Positions 50,841 through 64,000 of a DNA stretch of 64,000 bases are shown here, one piece after another (the first letter of the stretch is position 1; the number at the start of each line of letters is the position of its first letter). Source of the stretch: Octopus sinensis (Eukaryota). The notes beneath the pieces were generated by a model, which was not told where the DNA came from, did not search any database, and worked only from the letters and a program-made list of their open reading frames with translations. Where the stretch lies: NCBI RefSeq assembly GCF_006345805.1, contig NC_042999.1:60016001-60080000 (forward strand). Reading direction: 5' to 3'. Both the position numbers and the translations under genes were made by a program.

Positions 50841-52045
50841 GAGCTGGCAGAATCGTTAGCACGCCGGGCGAAATGCTTAGCGGTATTTCGTCTGCCGTTA
50901 CGTTCTGAGTTCATATTCCGCCGAGGTCGACTTTGCCTTTCATCCTTTCGGGATCGATCAAATAAGTACCAGTTACGCACTGGGGTCGATATAACCGACT
51001 TAATCCGTTTGTCTGTCCTTGTTTGTCCCCTCTGTATTTAACCACTTGTGGGTAGTAAAGAAATAGGTATTTCGTCTGCCGTTACGTTCTGAGTTCAAAT
51101 TCCGCCGAGGTCGACTTTACCTTTCATTCTTTCGGGGTCGATTAAATAAGTACCAGTTACGCACTGGGGTCGATATAATCGACTTAATCCGTTTGTCTGT
51201 TCTTGTTTGTCCTCTCTGTGTTTAGCCCCTTGTGGGTAGTAAAGAAATAGGTATTTCGTCTGCCTTGTGGGTAGTAAAGAAATAGGTATTTCGTCTGCCG
51301 TTCAAATTCCCCCGAGGTCGACTTTGCCTTCATCCTTTCGGGATCGATCAAATAAGTACCAGTTACGCACTGGGGTCGATATAACCGACTAATCCGTTTG
51401 TCTGTCCTTGTTTGTCCCCTCTGTATTTAACCACTTGTGGGTAGTAAAGAAATAGGTATTTCGTCTGCCGTTACGTTCTGAGTTCAAATTCCGCCGAGGT
51501 CGACTTTAACCTTTCATTCTTTCGGGGTCGATTAAATAAGTACCAGTTACGCACTGGGGTCGATATAATCGACTTAATCCGTTTGTCTGTTCTTGTTTGT
51601 CCTCTCTGTGTTTAGCCCCTTGTGGGTAGTAAAGAAATAGGTATTTCGTCTGCCTTGTGGGTAGTAAAGAAATAGGTATTTCGTCTGCCGTTCAAATTCC
51701 CCCGAGGTCGACTTTGCCTTTCATCCTTTCGGGGTCGATTAAATAAGTACCAGTTACACACTGGAGTCGATGTAATCGACTTAATCCGTTTGTCTGTCCT
51801 TGTTTGTCTCCTCTATGTTTTGCCCCTTGTAGGTAATAAAGAAATAAAAAAGATTAGCACGCCGGGCGAAATGCTTAGAGGTATTTCGTCTGTCTGTATG
51901 TTCTGAGTTCAAATTCCGCCGAGGTCGACTTTGCCTTTCATCCTTTCGGAGTCGATAAATAAAGTACCAGTTGCCTAGTGGGGTCAGTCTAATCGACTGG
52001 CCCCCTCCCCAAAAGTTCGGGCCCTGTACCTAGAGTAGGAAAGAA
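50841..52045 (+). mobile_element. SINE-A multimer with higher-order repeat, followed by a further SINE-A
   Basis: Unit starts (GTATTTCG) at 50883, 51067, 51251, 51286, 51456, 51641 and 51676; another head-truncated copy begins at about 51855. Confidence 0.9.
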
Positions 52046-53349
52046 TATTTATACGACTAGATAACATAATTTTTGACATCAGAATATGTCTCGCAAGACC
52101 GATAACTCGCTATTCAGAGGGTAAGTATCTTGCCAATTAACAAAACATCCAGGAGTAAGATACCAGTTTGAATTCACTTCACTGTTTGACTGTTACCCCA
52201 TGGATCTTGCTCATAGTTTAACTAGCAAAACCTGTATCAAGAAATATCATTAAAATCTAGAATGTCACAGCTATATGAAATTTTAAGAATACACGTATGT
52301 TTATATGCGTGTGTATGTATGTTTGTTTGTTTGTGTGCGTTTATTCGTTTGTGTGTGAGTTTCTTGATATTCTGTGTTGGTTTGCCTACGTTCCTGTAAC
52401 TTAGCAGTCAAACAAATAATAGAATAAGTATAAGACTTTTAAAATAAGTATTGGTGCCAATTTGATCGACTAAAACTTCAAGGTGGTGCTCTAGCATGGG
52501 AGCCATTTGATGACTGGAACAAGTAAAAGTTAAAACATATATCAGATATATACTATACAGGTAACCTAGATATTCGATAAACAGAAATCGATAAAATAAT
52601 TACCAGACTGAAATAATTACAAGGGTCGATATGATCGACCAAAACTATGGAAGCGGTGCTCTGATATAGCTGCAGGCGAATGATCGAAATCATTAGCAAA
52701 AAAAAAAAAAAAAGTGTGAATAAAGTGTATGTGTAAGTTGTATATTCAAGACTTATATATTAATATTTATATATTCTAGCGTAGGAATTATGTTAAGTCT
52801 AGGATCTACCACTTTTAACCAATATACAATTCTAACTTAGTATTGATTATGTTACCACAAACATGAATAAAGCAAACACAATTAAGAATATTTTAAACCC
52901 AAGAGAGAAGTATTTGTAAAATCAAGATAAGAAACTTTTAAAACCCCACAACGAAGGCATTTTAAATAATGAATTTAATAGATTAGTTTTATATAACTTT
53001 CGATTATGATATATAGAACAACACTGTTAAGGGAGCCGGTGTGCGGAACATTGAGGCTTGTGTGCCAAAGAGCTATATCAAAGGAGCGCGAGCACTTGGT
53101 AAGGCTCTAATACTGAACAGGCCAAAAGACATACGCCAGATAAATATAGACTATATCTTCCCAGATGTGAAAATGGTTTTTTTATATGGCTAATATTCCA
53201 ATGAAGAAAAAAAAAGCAAATTTACGGAAGCTTCGATGACAGTTCAAGACACTGGATGACCAGCATCGTTGACAAGTCATCGATGGCAAAATATCGATGA
53301 TAAGTAAAGTTACAGAAGCATCGATGACAATTCAAGACACGGAAGAGTA

Positions 53350-53700
53350 ATGCCTTCTCGCAGAGAAACGTGTCAACAAGTGAGACGGAGGAGAGAACAT
53401 CTTATAAATAGATGGGGCCAGAATACTGAGGCAGAACGGAAAAAAAGTAGCAATCCAACAGGAAAGTAGAAAGGACAAGCCAGAGTCGAGGACTGGAGAA
53501 AAGTTGTCGATGGCCAACGCTCCATAGGAAGTGAAAAGCTTACGATAGTAAGCAGTGAAAAGGTTGGAAATTTCAGACGTAGAGATTCTTCCGTTGATTC
53601 CAAATCTAAGCTCTGTAATTTTGGAAACATTTGATATTACCAAATGCTGGAGAAACGGTATAGGCATAAGATTATCGCCATGGTCGGTCGGCGATGGTTT
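53350..53700 (-). pseudogene. Possible L1/Tx1-clade ORF2 linker relic
   Basis: ITELRFGINGRISTSEISNLFTAYYRKLFTS resembles the EN-RT linker I..L....G.....EI...F..YY..LF; no catalytic motif seen. Confidence 0.35.
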
Positions 53701-53935
53701 CAAATTTATTGAAATGTTCCGGTAATTCGCTAATAGTATGAAGAAAAAAAATAATAACTAGCTCAATCTCCACAGTGCTCGACCATCGCAGACTTTGTGA
53801 ATATGGTTACATGGCCATGGCTACATAACGTTTAATAATAGATATGTTTCATCACAGGTGACCTGGGCAACATAGACCAAATTGTTCAAATGACACTTTG
53901 CACAATCTGGTCAACGTTATCGGGCGGTTTTATAG

Positions 53936-54095
53936 GCATAGGAGTGGCTGTGTGGTAAGTAGCTTGCTTACGAACCACATGGTTCCGGGTTCAGTCCCAC
54001 TGCGTGGTACCTTGGTCAAATGTCTTCTACTATAGTGTCGGTCTGACCAAAGCCTTGTGAGTGGATTTGGTAGACGGAAACTGAAAGAAACCCGT

Positions 54096-54142
<47 letters not shown>

Positions 54143-54365
54143 ATATGTTTGTGTGCCTGTGTTTGTCCCCCCAACATCGCTTGACAACCGATGCTGGTGT
54201 GTTTACGTCCCCGTAACTTAGCGGTTCGGCAAAAGAAACCATAGAATAAGTAGTAGGCTTACAAAGAATAAGTTTTGGGGTCGATTTGCTCGACTAAAGG
54301 CGGTGCTCCAGAATGGCCACAGTCAAATGACTGAAACAAGTAAAAGAGTAAAAGAGAGTAAAGAG
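53936..54365 (+). mobile_element. SINE-B (young, full length)
   Basis: Head, CORE-like box, (TA)n(TG)n and (GAGTAAAA)n tail. Confidence 0.9.
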
Positions 54366-56050
54366 AATGTTATGTCAGGCTGAGGGTAATTTAATTACTC
54401 ACCAAAAGATACCCCTTCGTTCAGCTGCGTCGAACAAAAGCCCTCAATTGTCTAAGTCTACTTAGCTGTAAATTAATACCATAATTTTCAAATTTTGGCA
54501 CGAAGTCAGTAATTTTTAGGGAAGCAAGTAAGTTGATTACATCGACCCCCAGTATTTGACACGTACTTTACTTTATCGATCCCGAAAGGATGAAAAGCAA
54601 AGTCGACTTCCGTGACATTTGAATTTAGAACGTAAAACCGGAAGAGATACTGCTAAGTATTCCGTTCGATGTGGTAACGACTCTACCAACTCTTCGTCTT
54701 AAATTGTTCGGAAATATAGTATAATTAAATTCTAACACTTCTCAACTTGTAGAGCTTATTTGTTGAAACAATTAGTGGCTCGTCCAGTTGCAGAAAGATG
54801 CTAGCTGCGGAGTCTGACGGGATCCACCTTGGTGCCTTTCTTTCAGTGCGTGAGAGGAAGGAGCCCAGACGTCCTTCGATGGGATTGGAATTCCTAAGTG
54901 GAATTTGAATCCAGAATGCAAAGCACAGGAACAGATATACTAAGACATGCTGTCTGACGCTGGAATGACTCAGTCAAATCACCGCCTTAAACATTAAACG
55001 TTACAAACTCAATGAAAAATGCCAGAGTAGATCCGCGATTGAAGTATTAAAAAATGTAACGAACAGCGCTAATAATATATAATGCTCTATCATTTGGAAA
55101 TTTCTCCACCACCACTATCATTAAATAATAAAATAATATTCTAAACTGAAAACTGCAATTTATTATTTTTTGTTTGTTTTTGTTTTAAATACCCCTCCCT
55201 TCACTTATCAATTATTCTGAATGAAATACAAGTTTGATATTTCCTTTTTCTGAATCGGAGAAAAGAAGCAAAAATAAATCGCCATCTTCTTCAATATGGA
55301 GAGGATTTAATGTTGCGCCGGAAACATATATACTAAATAAATGGATTCTTTGATTCACGCTGTGAAGAAGGAGATAACACGAGAAAGAACTGGTATACGT
55401 TGTTGAAGGAATATAATTGCCTAGTAGCAATGAAGTTGGAGAACATTGTAGAAAGATGAAAGCACCAAATATATATATAACGATATTTCCAAGTGATGAA
55501 ATAGAATATGTATATAAAAACACCAACGACGACAACGACGAAATATCGGAAAATGAAATAAATGATATGAATACAAAGGACGAAAGAGACCAAAAAAAAA
55601 AAAAAAAATGAAAAATAAAATAATATATAAAATAAAATAAAATAAAATAAATAAATAAAAATGAAAGCACAGTGCAACTTCAGAAAGGAACGAAGAGAGA
55701 GAGAGAGAGAGAGAGATTGAGCTTATAAAAGCGGGAATAAATTACGTGAAAATAGGTGAGTGTATGTTTATAGATACGATGAAGTAATAATCAAATGGAA
55801 TGCGATAGTACTTCAAGGAAAGGAAATATATATATATAATAAAAAACAAAACAAAAACGATTGGAACGTACGTAAGGTACTCAAGTAATGAGTTTATTGG
55901 TGTTGTTATGGTTGTTGTAGTTTAGTTTCAGGATCGATGTGATTGCGTAGACACATAATCACACAATGAAAGGCAATCTCACCATGGCCACCCCGTATTC
56001 TATTCAGTCTGAGTGCATTATCTCCAATTAATTTATACTTCAGTCTCCAA

Positions 56051-56091
<41 letters not shown>

Positions 56092-56296
56092 CTTTTTGAA
56101 AGTGGTGGGGTGTGAGGTGTGACGTAAGGGGGGGGGGGGAAATTAAGCTGCCATTTCTTGTAGGTCGAGATATCGCGTTGAGCTTCCTTTGTCGTTGCTT
56201 TTGTAGTATAGCTCTCAGCCATTGTTCACCGAGTAGACTTTTGCTTAAGATCAACCCAGCCGTGATCTTTTCTCTAGATATAGGAATATTCATGAC

Positions 56297-56456
56297 GTAG
56301 GAGTGACTGTGTGGTAAGTAGCTTGCTTACCAGCCACATGGTTCCAGGTTCAGTCCCACTGCGTGGTACCCTTGGCAAGTGTCTTCTACTATAGCCTCGG
56401 GCCAACCAAAGCCTTGTAAGTGGATTTGGTAGAGGGAAACTGAAAAAGAAGCCCGT

Positions 56457-56497
<41 letters not shown>

Positions 56498-56725
56498 GTA
56501 TGTATGTGTGTGTATATGTTTGTGTGTTTGTTCCCCCAACATCGCTTGACGACCGATGCTGGCGTGTTTACGTCCCCGTAAATTAGCGGTTCGGCAAATG
56601 AGACCGATAGAAAATAAGTACTAGGCTTACAAAGAATAAGTCCTGGGGTCGATTTGCTCGACTAAAGGCGGTGCTCCAGCATGGCCACAGTCAAGTGACT
56701 GAAACAAGTAAAAGAATAAAAGAGT
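56297..56725 (+). mobile_element. SINE-B (young, full length)
   Basis: Nearly identical to 53936-54365. Confidence 0.9.
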
Positions 56726-57069
56726 AACCCAATGTGTCCTTCTTTCTGAAAACAGTGAAGTATAATTCCTGGGTACTATTTCTAGTAGGACGAGAATTCA
56801 TCTCGAGATTTCTTCGTTGATTTCTTGTTGTCGTTCTTGGTCAATACTATTCCAACAAATGTATGGTCAAAATGGTGAGGTCATTTCAAAATGACCTCAC
56901 CATTTCCGATATTTTGATTCCATGCGTAACGTATCAAAAACTATTTTATCCAATGTATCTTGAGGGAAGCTAAGCAGCTATTTCTAACTGGCTCTCTGAT
57001 CAAACCATAAAAAAATGCGAAGACATATAACTCTGTGTAGAGAGGTATTCAGGAAACAATAACAAGACT

Positions 57070-57720
57070 TTCTACTACTGCCAAAAGACCTGAAATTTCG
57101 TGGGAAGGAGCTAGTCGATTACATCGACCACAGAGCTCAACTGGTATTTATTCTTTTTTCTTTATTGCCCACAACGGGCTAAACATAGAAGGGACAAACA
57201 AGGAGAGACAAACAGATTAAGTCGATTACATCGACTCCAGTGCTTAACTGGTACTTCATTTATCGACCCCGAGAGGATGAAAGGCAAAGTCGACCTCGGT
57301 GGAATTTGAACTCAACGTAACGGCAGACGAAATACCTATATCTTTACTACCCGCAATGGGCTAAACACAGAGGGGACAAACAAGGACAGACAAAGGGATT
57401 AAGTCGATTATATCGACCTCAGTGCGTAACTGGTACTTATTTAATCGACCCCGAAAGGATGAAAGGCAAAGTCGACCTCGGCGGAATTTGAACTCAGAAC
57501 GTAGCGGCAGACGAAATACCGCTAAGCATTTCGCCCGGCGTACTAACGCTTCTGCCAGCTCGCCGCCTTCCCGAACTGGTACTTATTCGATCGACCTCGG
57601 TGAGACGGAAGGCAAAGTCAACCTCGGCGATATTAGAACTCAGAAAATTTTGAACTCAGAACATTTTGGCCGCTCTGGTAACCCTAACGATCCCGCCAGA
57701 TCGCCGCATTGAAGAACATG
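57070..57720 (-). mobile_element. Young SINE-A multimer nested inside an older SINE-A
   Basis: Insert about 57153-57570; duplicated flank AACTGGTA(T/C)TTATT at 57139-57152 and 57574-57587. Confidence 0.75.
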
Positions 57721-57963
57721 GTAACAGTTCTCCTTACTATAGACACAAGGCCTGACACTCTGCGGTGATGATCTAGTCGATCACATCGACCCCCAGTACC
57801 CAACCGGAACATATTTTATCAGCCACCGAAAAGGATGAAAGGCAAAATTGCCCTACGAGAGATTTGAACTCAGAATGTAAAGCCATAAGAAATGCTGCTG
57901 ACTAATTCGTCTAATGTGCTCACGAATCTGTCAACTCACTGCGTTAGAAGGTAGTAACAATAA

Positions 57964-58200
57964 ACATCTATTATATAAAATCCGTTCTGTCTGTCGGTCT
58001 GTGTGTGTGTCTTCAAGGATCTCGGGCATCCTCCATCCGATTGCGCTCAAATTTGATATGTAGATACCGACGGTATCAGGGCGTGTATATGTCTTGAAGA
58101 AATTACAAAAATCTATTCCAGGTGAGAATGCGATCGATAAAGCCACGGGAACGTGCATTTGTAAAATCGTTTTTCTTGGAATAGAAAAAGTCTATCTTTA
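57964..58200 (+). mobile_element. Helitron-like 5' fragment
   Basis: ATCTATTATATAAAA followed by (TCTG/TG)n and GCTCAAATTTG, like the other Helitron 5' ends; no 3' CTAG hairpin found. Confidence 0.55.
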
Positions 58201-59119
58201 TTTCTTCTGTTGCTGGTGTCTCAAATTTAGGTTAAATCAGTATTTCTCAAAGGGGAGGACTATGGGACGGTCGGACAAGTTGTTTTGAGGAAATTTGGTT
58301 CAAATATTTGACAACTCAGCACCGGATGGGGGGGTGTTTTGCTCGTAAAATGCTGGGGGTTTTTCGACACCAAATCGATTTTAATTTGGTTGATTTATGA
58401 GCAAAACCTTTGCAACCATGTCTATTATTTTTTGTATTAAAAACTACAGTATTCAGTGTGTTCTTCCCCTTCTATAAACGACAGTATGTCATTTGAAGCA
58501 AATTTGACTCCTATTTCTGGCAGGCGTATTGAGTGGCCACAGAAAGGCCCTCCCGATCAACAAAAGTTCTCTCGTTCTCTCTTTGTCTCTCATTATTATG
58601 TAAAATAGTCTTCAAATGAAAACCATTTATAACAAAGAATAATAAGTTCAAATTTTGACACAAGGCCAGCAATTTTAGAAGTAGGAGTAAGTCGATTACA
58701 TTGACACCAATCATTAACTCGTACTTATTTTATCGACCCCGAAAAGATGAAAGGCAAAGTCGACTTCGGCTGAATTTGAACTCAGGATGTAAACAGCTGG
58801 GAATTTATGACAAAGAATGTAGATGACTCATCAATGCAAGCAAACATACGGACTTGGTCAGTTTAGCAGTGTAACAAAAAATTCCTGAAACTGTCTCCCA
58901 AATGGATTAGTTTTTGTCCGTCCTTTCGTTCACTTGTCCGCTAACGGAAAGGCTACGTATCTAAAATAAATTTTCTATCATGATGGCACCGAATGAAAAT
59001 TTCTCTAATTGCTTCCGCTTAACAGGTATGACGAGTCGCCTATATTATCAAATTCGATAGTAGACGTGAAACCAATGGTAACTTCTGATCGGTCATAACT
59101 AAGGAGGGCTTTTAGAGCG

Positions 59120-59193
<74 letters not shown>

Positions 59194-59547
59194 AGTCTGT
59201 TTGTCAGTATGTCTGTCTGTTTGTCTGTCTGTCTGTTTGTCTGCATGTCTGTTTGATATATGTATATTGTTCATGTTATAAGGAACTATAGACTTCGAAA
59301 GACTATAAAATAATTAGTTTGCGGAACAGTGATTCTCGAAGCAAATAAAGCTATAGATAATAGCGTGTAAATATGGGTTAAACACCTTCTGTATAGAAAA
59401 GAGTCGAAGGCTGCCCGTTTGGATTTGAATATAAGCGTTCTAGCTTGGACCAAAGCGATTCTTTGAATTTTATTATCCATCTTAGCAACTTTATAATTGC
59501 CAGCGAGAAGTCTATGCTGTTGACATTCCCACGTGTTTATACTTACA

Positions 59548-59580
<33 letters not shown>

Positions 59581-60192
59581 CACACACACACACACACACA
59601 CACCATTAGCCATTACTAATTCCATCAACTGTAATGAGAACTGGAAGACGTTAAGATGTGATAAACTAGTGATATAGCACTGACGTAGTAAGAAAAAAAA
59701 AAAACACAGAACGATTTATAAAGCAGGAGAGTGATATAAATAAATAAATAAATACAACTACAAATAAATAATAACAACAGAAAAAAAGGGTCCAATCATG
59801 TGATTTGTCAATAATTTGTAATCATGTCCCCAAAGTGACAAAGTTAGCTTTAATAGAATTTATTGCTTTTCATTGAATCTCCAGGCACAAGAATTGAAAT
59901 TTAACGTTGATTAATCTTGATGTCTAGTTATGCTAACGGATTTTATGCCAATACATAGGGAACACACACACACACACACACACACGCGCACACACACACA
60001 CAAATGTAATGAGATAATATAATAGGTTTGGTGTGAAATGAAGGCAGCAAAGCGAGACAGATAGGATGAGAAGGATATGCATATACAAACATACATGTAT
60101 ACATGCATGCATAGATACATACATACATACATACATACATACATACTCGGCTATATACATAGACACACGTTTACACATATACAGAGAGAGGA

Positions 60193-60227
<35 letters not shown>

Positions 60228-60386
60228 AAGAGAGAGAGAGAAAGAGATGTACAGAGGGAGAAAACTAGAGAGATGGAGACGGAGTAATAGAGAAAAAATA
60301 GAGAAATGGGAAGAGGGAAAGGGAGAGCTTGAGAGGGAGACACACACACATATATATATATATACATATATACATACACACACACA

Positions 60387-60420
<34 letters not shown>

Positions 60421-60424
60421 CGAG

Positions 60425-60580
60425 CTTATTTCAGTTTCCGTCTACCAAATTCACTCACAAGGCTTTGGTCGCCTCGATGTTATAGTAGAAGACACTTGCC
60501 CAAGATGCCACGCAGTGGGACTGAACCCGGAACCATGTGGTTTGTTAGCAAGCTACTTACCACACAGCCCACTCCTGCGC
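60425..60580 (-). mobile_element. SINE-B head half
   Basis: Match to the SINE-B head and CORE. Confidence 0.8.
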
Positions 60581-60627
<47 letters not shown>

Positions 60628-60638
60628 TATATAATATA

Positions 60639-60716
<78 letters not shown>

Positions 60717-61239
60717 TATATCTATATATATAGGGAGGTGTGAGAAAGAGGAAGGAAAGAAAAGAGGGAGAGAAAGCGATAGAAACAATTGTATTTGATA
60801 CACCACTGTAATTAGTACAGGCTAATATTGAACAAAATTTGTCAAATTTTCTTCGATTTATCTTGTAAATAGGATGTTGATTATATGTGACTATGTAAAG
60901 AGAAAATGCCAAATGAGTCTGCAAGATGTAAGTCACTGTTTAGCAGCACACGTACTGCGAAATGCATTAAAAGAAGTAACTAAAAATAAACCCGTGTTAA
61001 AAAATATTTTGCATAGCAATAAAACGAACGATGTTAGTCAATCGCACAACCCAAGACGTGTTTCGGGCCTGTTATAAATTTGTCAGAGAGGTTATAAACA
61101 GTTTTTGTTTCTAGACGTTTCTTTGCATGATGTGTGATCACTTCTAAACATTTTCTCCCTAAAACCATAGATTCTTCGACTACGCGATATTTGGAAACGA
61201 TAAGTCACGTGCTTTCTAAAATCTATATGATATTCTTTT

Positions 61240-61445
61240 ATTCTTTTACTTGTTTCAGTCATTTGACTGCGGTCATGCTGGAGCACCGCCTTTCGTCGGG
61301 AAAATCAACCCCAGGACTTAGTCTTTGTAAGCCTAGTACTTATTCTATCGGTCTCTTTTGCTGAACCGCTGAGTGACTGGGACGCAAACACACTAGCATC
61401 TGTTGTCAAGCGATGTTGGGCGGACAAACACAGACACACAAACAT

Positions 61446-61502
<57 letters not shown>

Positions 61503-61565
61503 CGACGGGCTTCTTTCAGTTTCCGTCTACCAAATCCACTCACGAGGCTATAGTAGAAAACACTT
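61240..61565 (-). mobile_element. SINE-B (head deleted)
   Basis: Match to the SINE-B body and tail. Confidence 0.8.
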
Positions 61566-61791
61566 GCTCAAGGTGGCTCCGGCAAAAGGTAATGGCGAAT
61601 TCTGCTGACTCTTTTGCCACAACTTTCTCTCACTCTTTCCTCCTGCATCATGCAGCTCACTTGCAACGGACCAAGTGGGGAACCTATACGTCAAGAGGAA
61701 ACGGGGAAACCGGCCCTTATGAGCCAGGCATGGCTCGAGAAGGAACAAACAACAATAAGTATAAATCATTACGTGTGTGTGTGTGTATGTG

Positions 61792-61835
<44 letters not shown>

Positions 61836-61945
61836 TCACCCATCAGGTACACAAAAAACCTACAGTGGTATTGTGCAAGTGAGAGAATTATGCAATTAGA
61901 GTGTAATCTTACGAAACGATTCGTATTCTGTCCAGTCGATTGTTA

Positions 61946-62046
<101 letters not shown>

Positions 62047-63465
62047 GTCTGTATTTATTCTACACCGGTATCGAGTCCTATATTCAGTTAATAATTTTCA
62101 TCGATTGTATGTATATATAAATATTAATTTTATTAATGTCTAATTATATACACATGCGCGTGCGCGCACACACACACACACACACACTCTGTCTCTCTCT
62201 CACACGGGCACGCATTCTCACGACGGACAAGCAGATAGATTTATAAAAACATGAGTGAATATACGTCTGTATAATCATACGTTATTTGCATTTTTCTGTG
62301 TATATAATAAATATGTTGGTGATATATACGTGCTGGCTAAGCAAGCAGAGAATAGATACAGGCATGCGCATAAATATGTAACAGAATGGACAGCCAGACA
62401 GATTTATAGACACAGTTAGTGGTTACATAAGAGCCTCTAGATGATTACATAAACCGGTCATGTTTGCGAATTTATGTTTAGGTTTCTCGTCTGCTTGTGT
62501 GCGTACACATTAATCTCTATGTTTATGTATATATATTTGTCTGAGAGAGACAGAGAGGTTAGAGAAGATCGTTTTTCAGTCACTAGGTGTCGTTTTCAAT
62601 CTCACTCTTTGCCATATTAGGTAGGGGTTATTTCGTCGTAGCCTAAGGTCTTTGTGAATGAAATTACGAGATGGAAATAATGTGTAAATCAATTGGAAGG
62701 GTTGTGGCTTTAATGTAGACATCGAACCTTTTCATTTAATGTCAACCTGAAGGGGATTGCGAAATATTTAACCATTTAAACGTTAATTCAGTGACCTCCA
62801 TTAATTCAGCAACTGAATCTACCATGAACAGGATTTGCAGACGATATCCATTATATGCATAAATGCTTGTGTGTATACTTATGTATGTATATGTCTGTAT
62901 ATATATATATGAGTCTGTATATATATATATAAGCAAAACATTCAAACAGTATATATATATATATATAAGCAAAACAGTCAAACAGTATATATATATATAT
63001 ATATATATAACACAAAGTAAGTTAGGTGGGGGCTATGGGTGTAACCCACTAAGGGATAGTATTTATCCAATATACTGTTGGCAAAATACCCAGATTCTTA
63101 ATACATAAATGTTTTTAATTGCAATGCAATTAACTCATTTATTGTATTAAACGGGTGAAGGTAAAGAAATATTTTTACCGTTAATTTATAATACAAATGA
63201 GAAAATGGAGAAACAAATTTAGTTTGTTCATCAACTTTCGGATAATAGAATGCTGGATTATTTATTAATTTAAGAAAATGAGAACCTTAATAGCATACAT
63301 ATATATCTTATAATTCAATACATATAAGATAAGAATACAAATTATAAAAATCATAATATAAATTATTGAAATCATTAAAATCACTTCTTACAGCTATGCA
63401 TATGTATATGTATATGCATATGTCTATGCATATGTCTGTCTATCTATGTCTATGTCTATGTCTAT

Positions 63466-63513
<48 letters not shown>

Positions 63514-63611
63514 TTAATCCTAACATGAGAACACAAAGAGAAAACACAACGCGAGGATGTGGAACAAGGATAGTGTTATGGGACGCCCAGGAAAGGAAAG
63601 AAAGAAGGAGG

Positions 63612-63645
63612 ATTTAACGTTTCGAGCGGAGCTCTTCGTCAGAAA
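63612..63645 (-). ncRNA. Minimal type I hammerhead ribozyme motif (Penelope-associated type)
   Basis: Minus strand TTT-CTGACGA-A-GAGC-TCC-GCTC-GAAACGTT-AAAT: core boxes, 4-bp helix II, palindromic ACGT helix III, short helix I. Confidence 0.6.
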
Positions 63646-63703
63646 CATAGAAAAAGGAAAGATCCAAGGAAGGAAAGGCGGCTGGAAAAAAATCGCCAAC
63701 GAT

Positions 63704-63734
<31 letters not shown>

Positions 63735-63849
63735 CACCAACTCATATATATATATATAAACACCTTCCAGCACACGATCTCAGATCAGGTCACTTGCTAT
63801 GCAAGTACATCTCCGTTTATATATATATATGTATGTATGTATACATATA

Positions 63850-64000
63850 TTCTTTTATTCTTATATTTGTTTCAGTCATTTGAGTGCGGCCATATTGGAG
63901 AACCTCGTTGATGGGCTTTTAGTCGAACAAATCGACCCCAGGACTTATTTTGTAAAGCCTAGAACTTATTCTATCGTTTTCTTAAACACATTAACACGGG
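63850..64000 (-). mobile_element. SINE-B tail running off the window end
   Basis: Match to the SINE-B tail. Confidence 0.75.

Noticed and set aside
53228-53340. Short direct duplications (GAAGC.TCGATGACA.TTCAAGACAC twice; similar at 62925-62990)
   Set aside because: Ordinary local slippage duplications with no further structure.
60780-61030. Possible Penelope C-terminal relic (IVFDTPL..VQANI)
   Set aside because: Similarity is too weak, with multiple stops.

Overview
This 64-kb window is AT-rich eukaryotic DNA dense in microsatellites and transposable elements. The SINE families, SSR density and R4/Dong and Penelope content look to me like an octopus (coleoid cephalopod) genome; that is inferred from recalled repeat families, not from a search. 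There is one 100-N scaffold gap (9994-10093). I recognise no intact host gene, RNA gene or CRISPR array. Almost all ORF-track entries are translated microsatellites, and the best host-gene candidate is a 117-nt exon-like segment at 21790-21906. Decayed transposon ORFs I can read are: an R4/Dong RLE-LINE (about 2.75 kb) plus 3' ends from further RLE-LINE families, a young Tx1/L1-clade LINE (1.8 kb) plus a second copy of its 3' end, and RTE RT, Penelope-like, hAT, mariner and Helitron relics. There are also dozens of tRNA-headed SINEs (local labels A, B, C, E), non-autonomous Helitrons and a Tc1/mariner-type MITE. Four observations stand out. (1) The 3' tail of SINE-A matches the extreme 3' end of the Tx1-clade LINE in this window (39/47 aligned nt), suggesting a Tx1-driven, multimer-forming SINE. 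(2) Different retroelements sit in different microsatellites: RLE-LINEs and a 550-bp element in (TAA)n, the Tx1 LINE in (TATC)n, and an RTE-like 540-bp element in (TATG)n. (3) A chimeric SINE has amplified a 134-bp internal junction into a 15-copy satellite. (4) There are Penelope-type palindromes and a minimal hammerhead ribozyme motif, including one insertion with a 12-bp TSD whose empty paralogous site is in the same window. All alignments were done by eye and boundaries are approximate unless stated.
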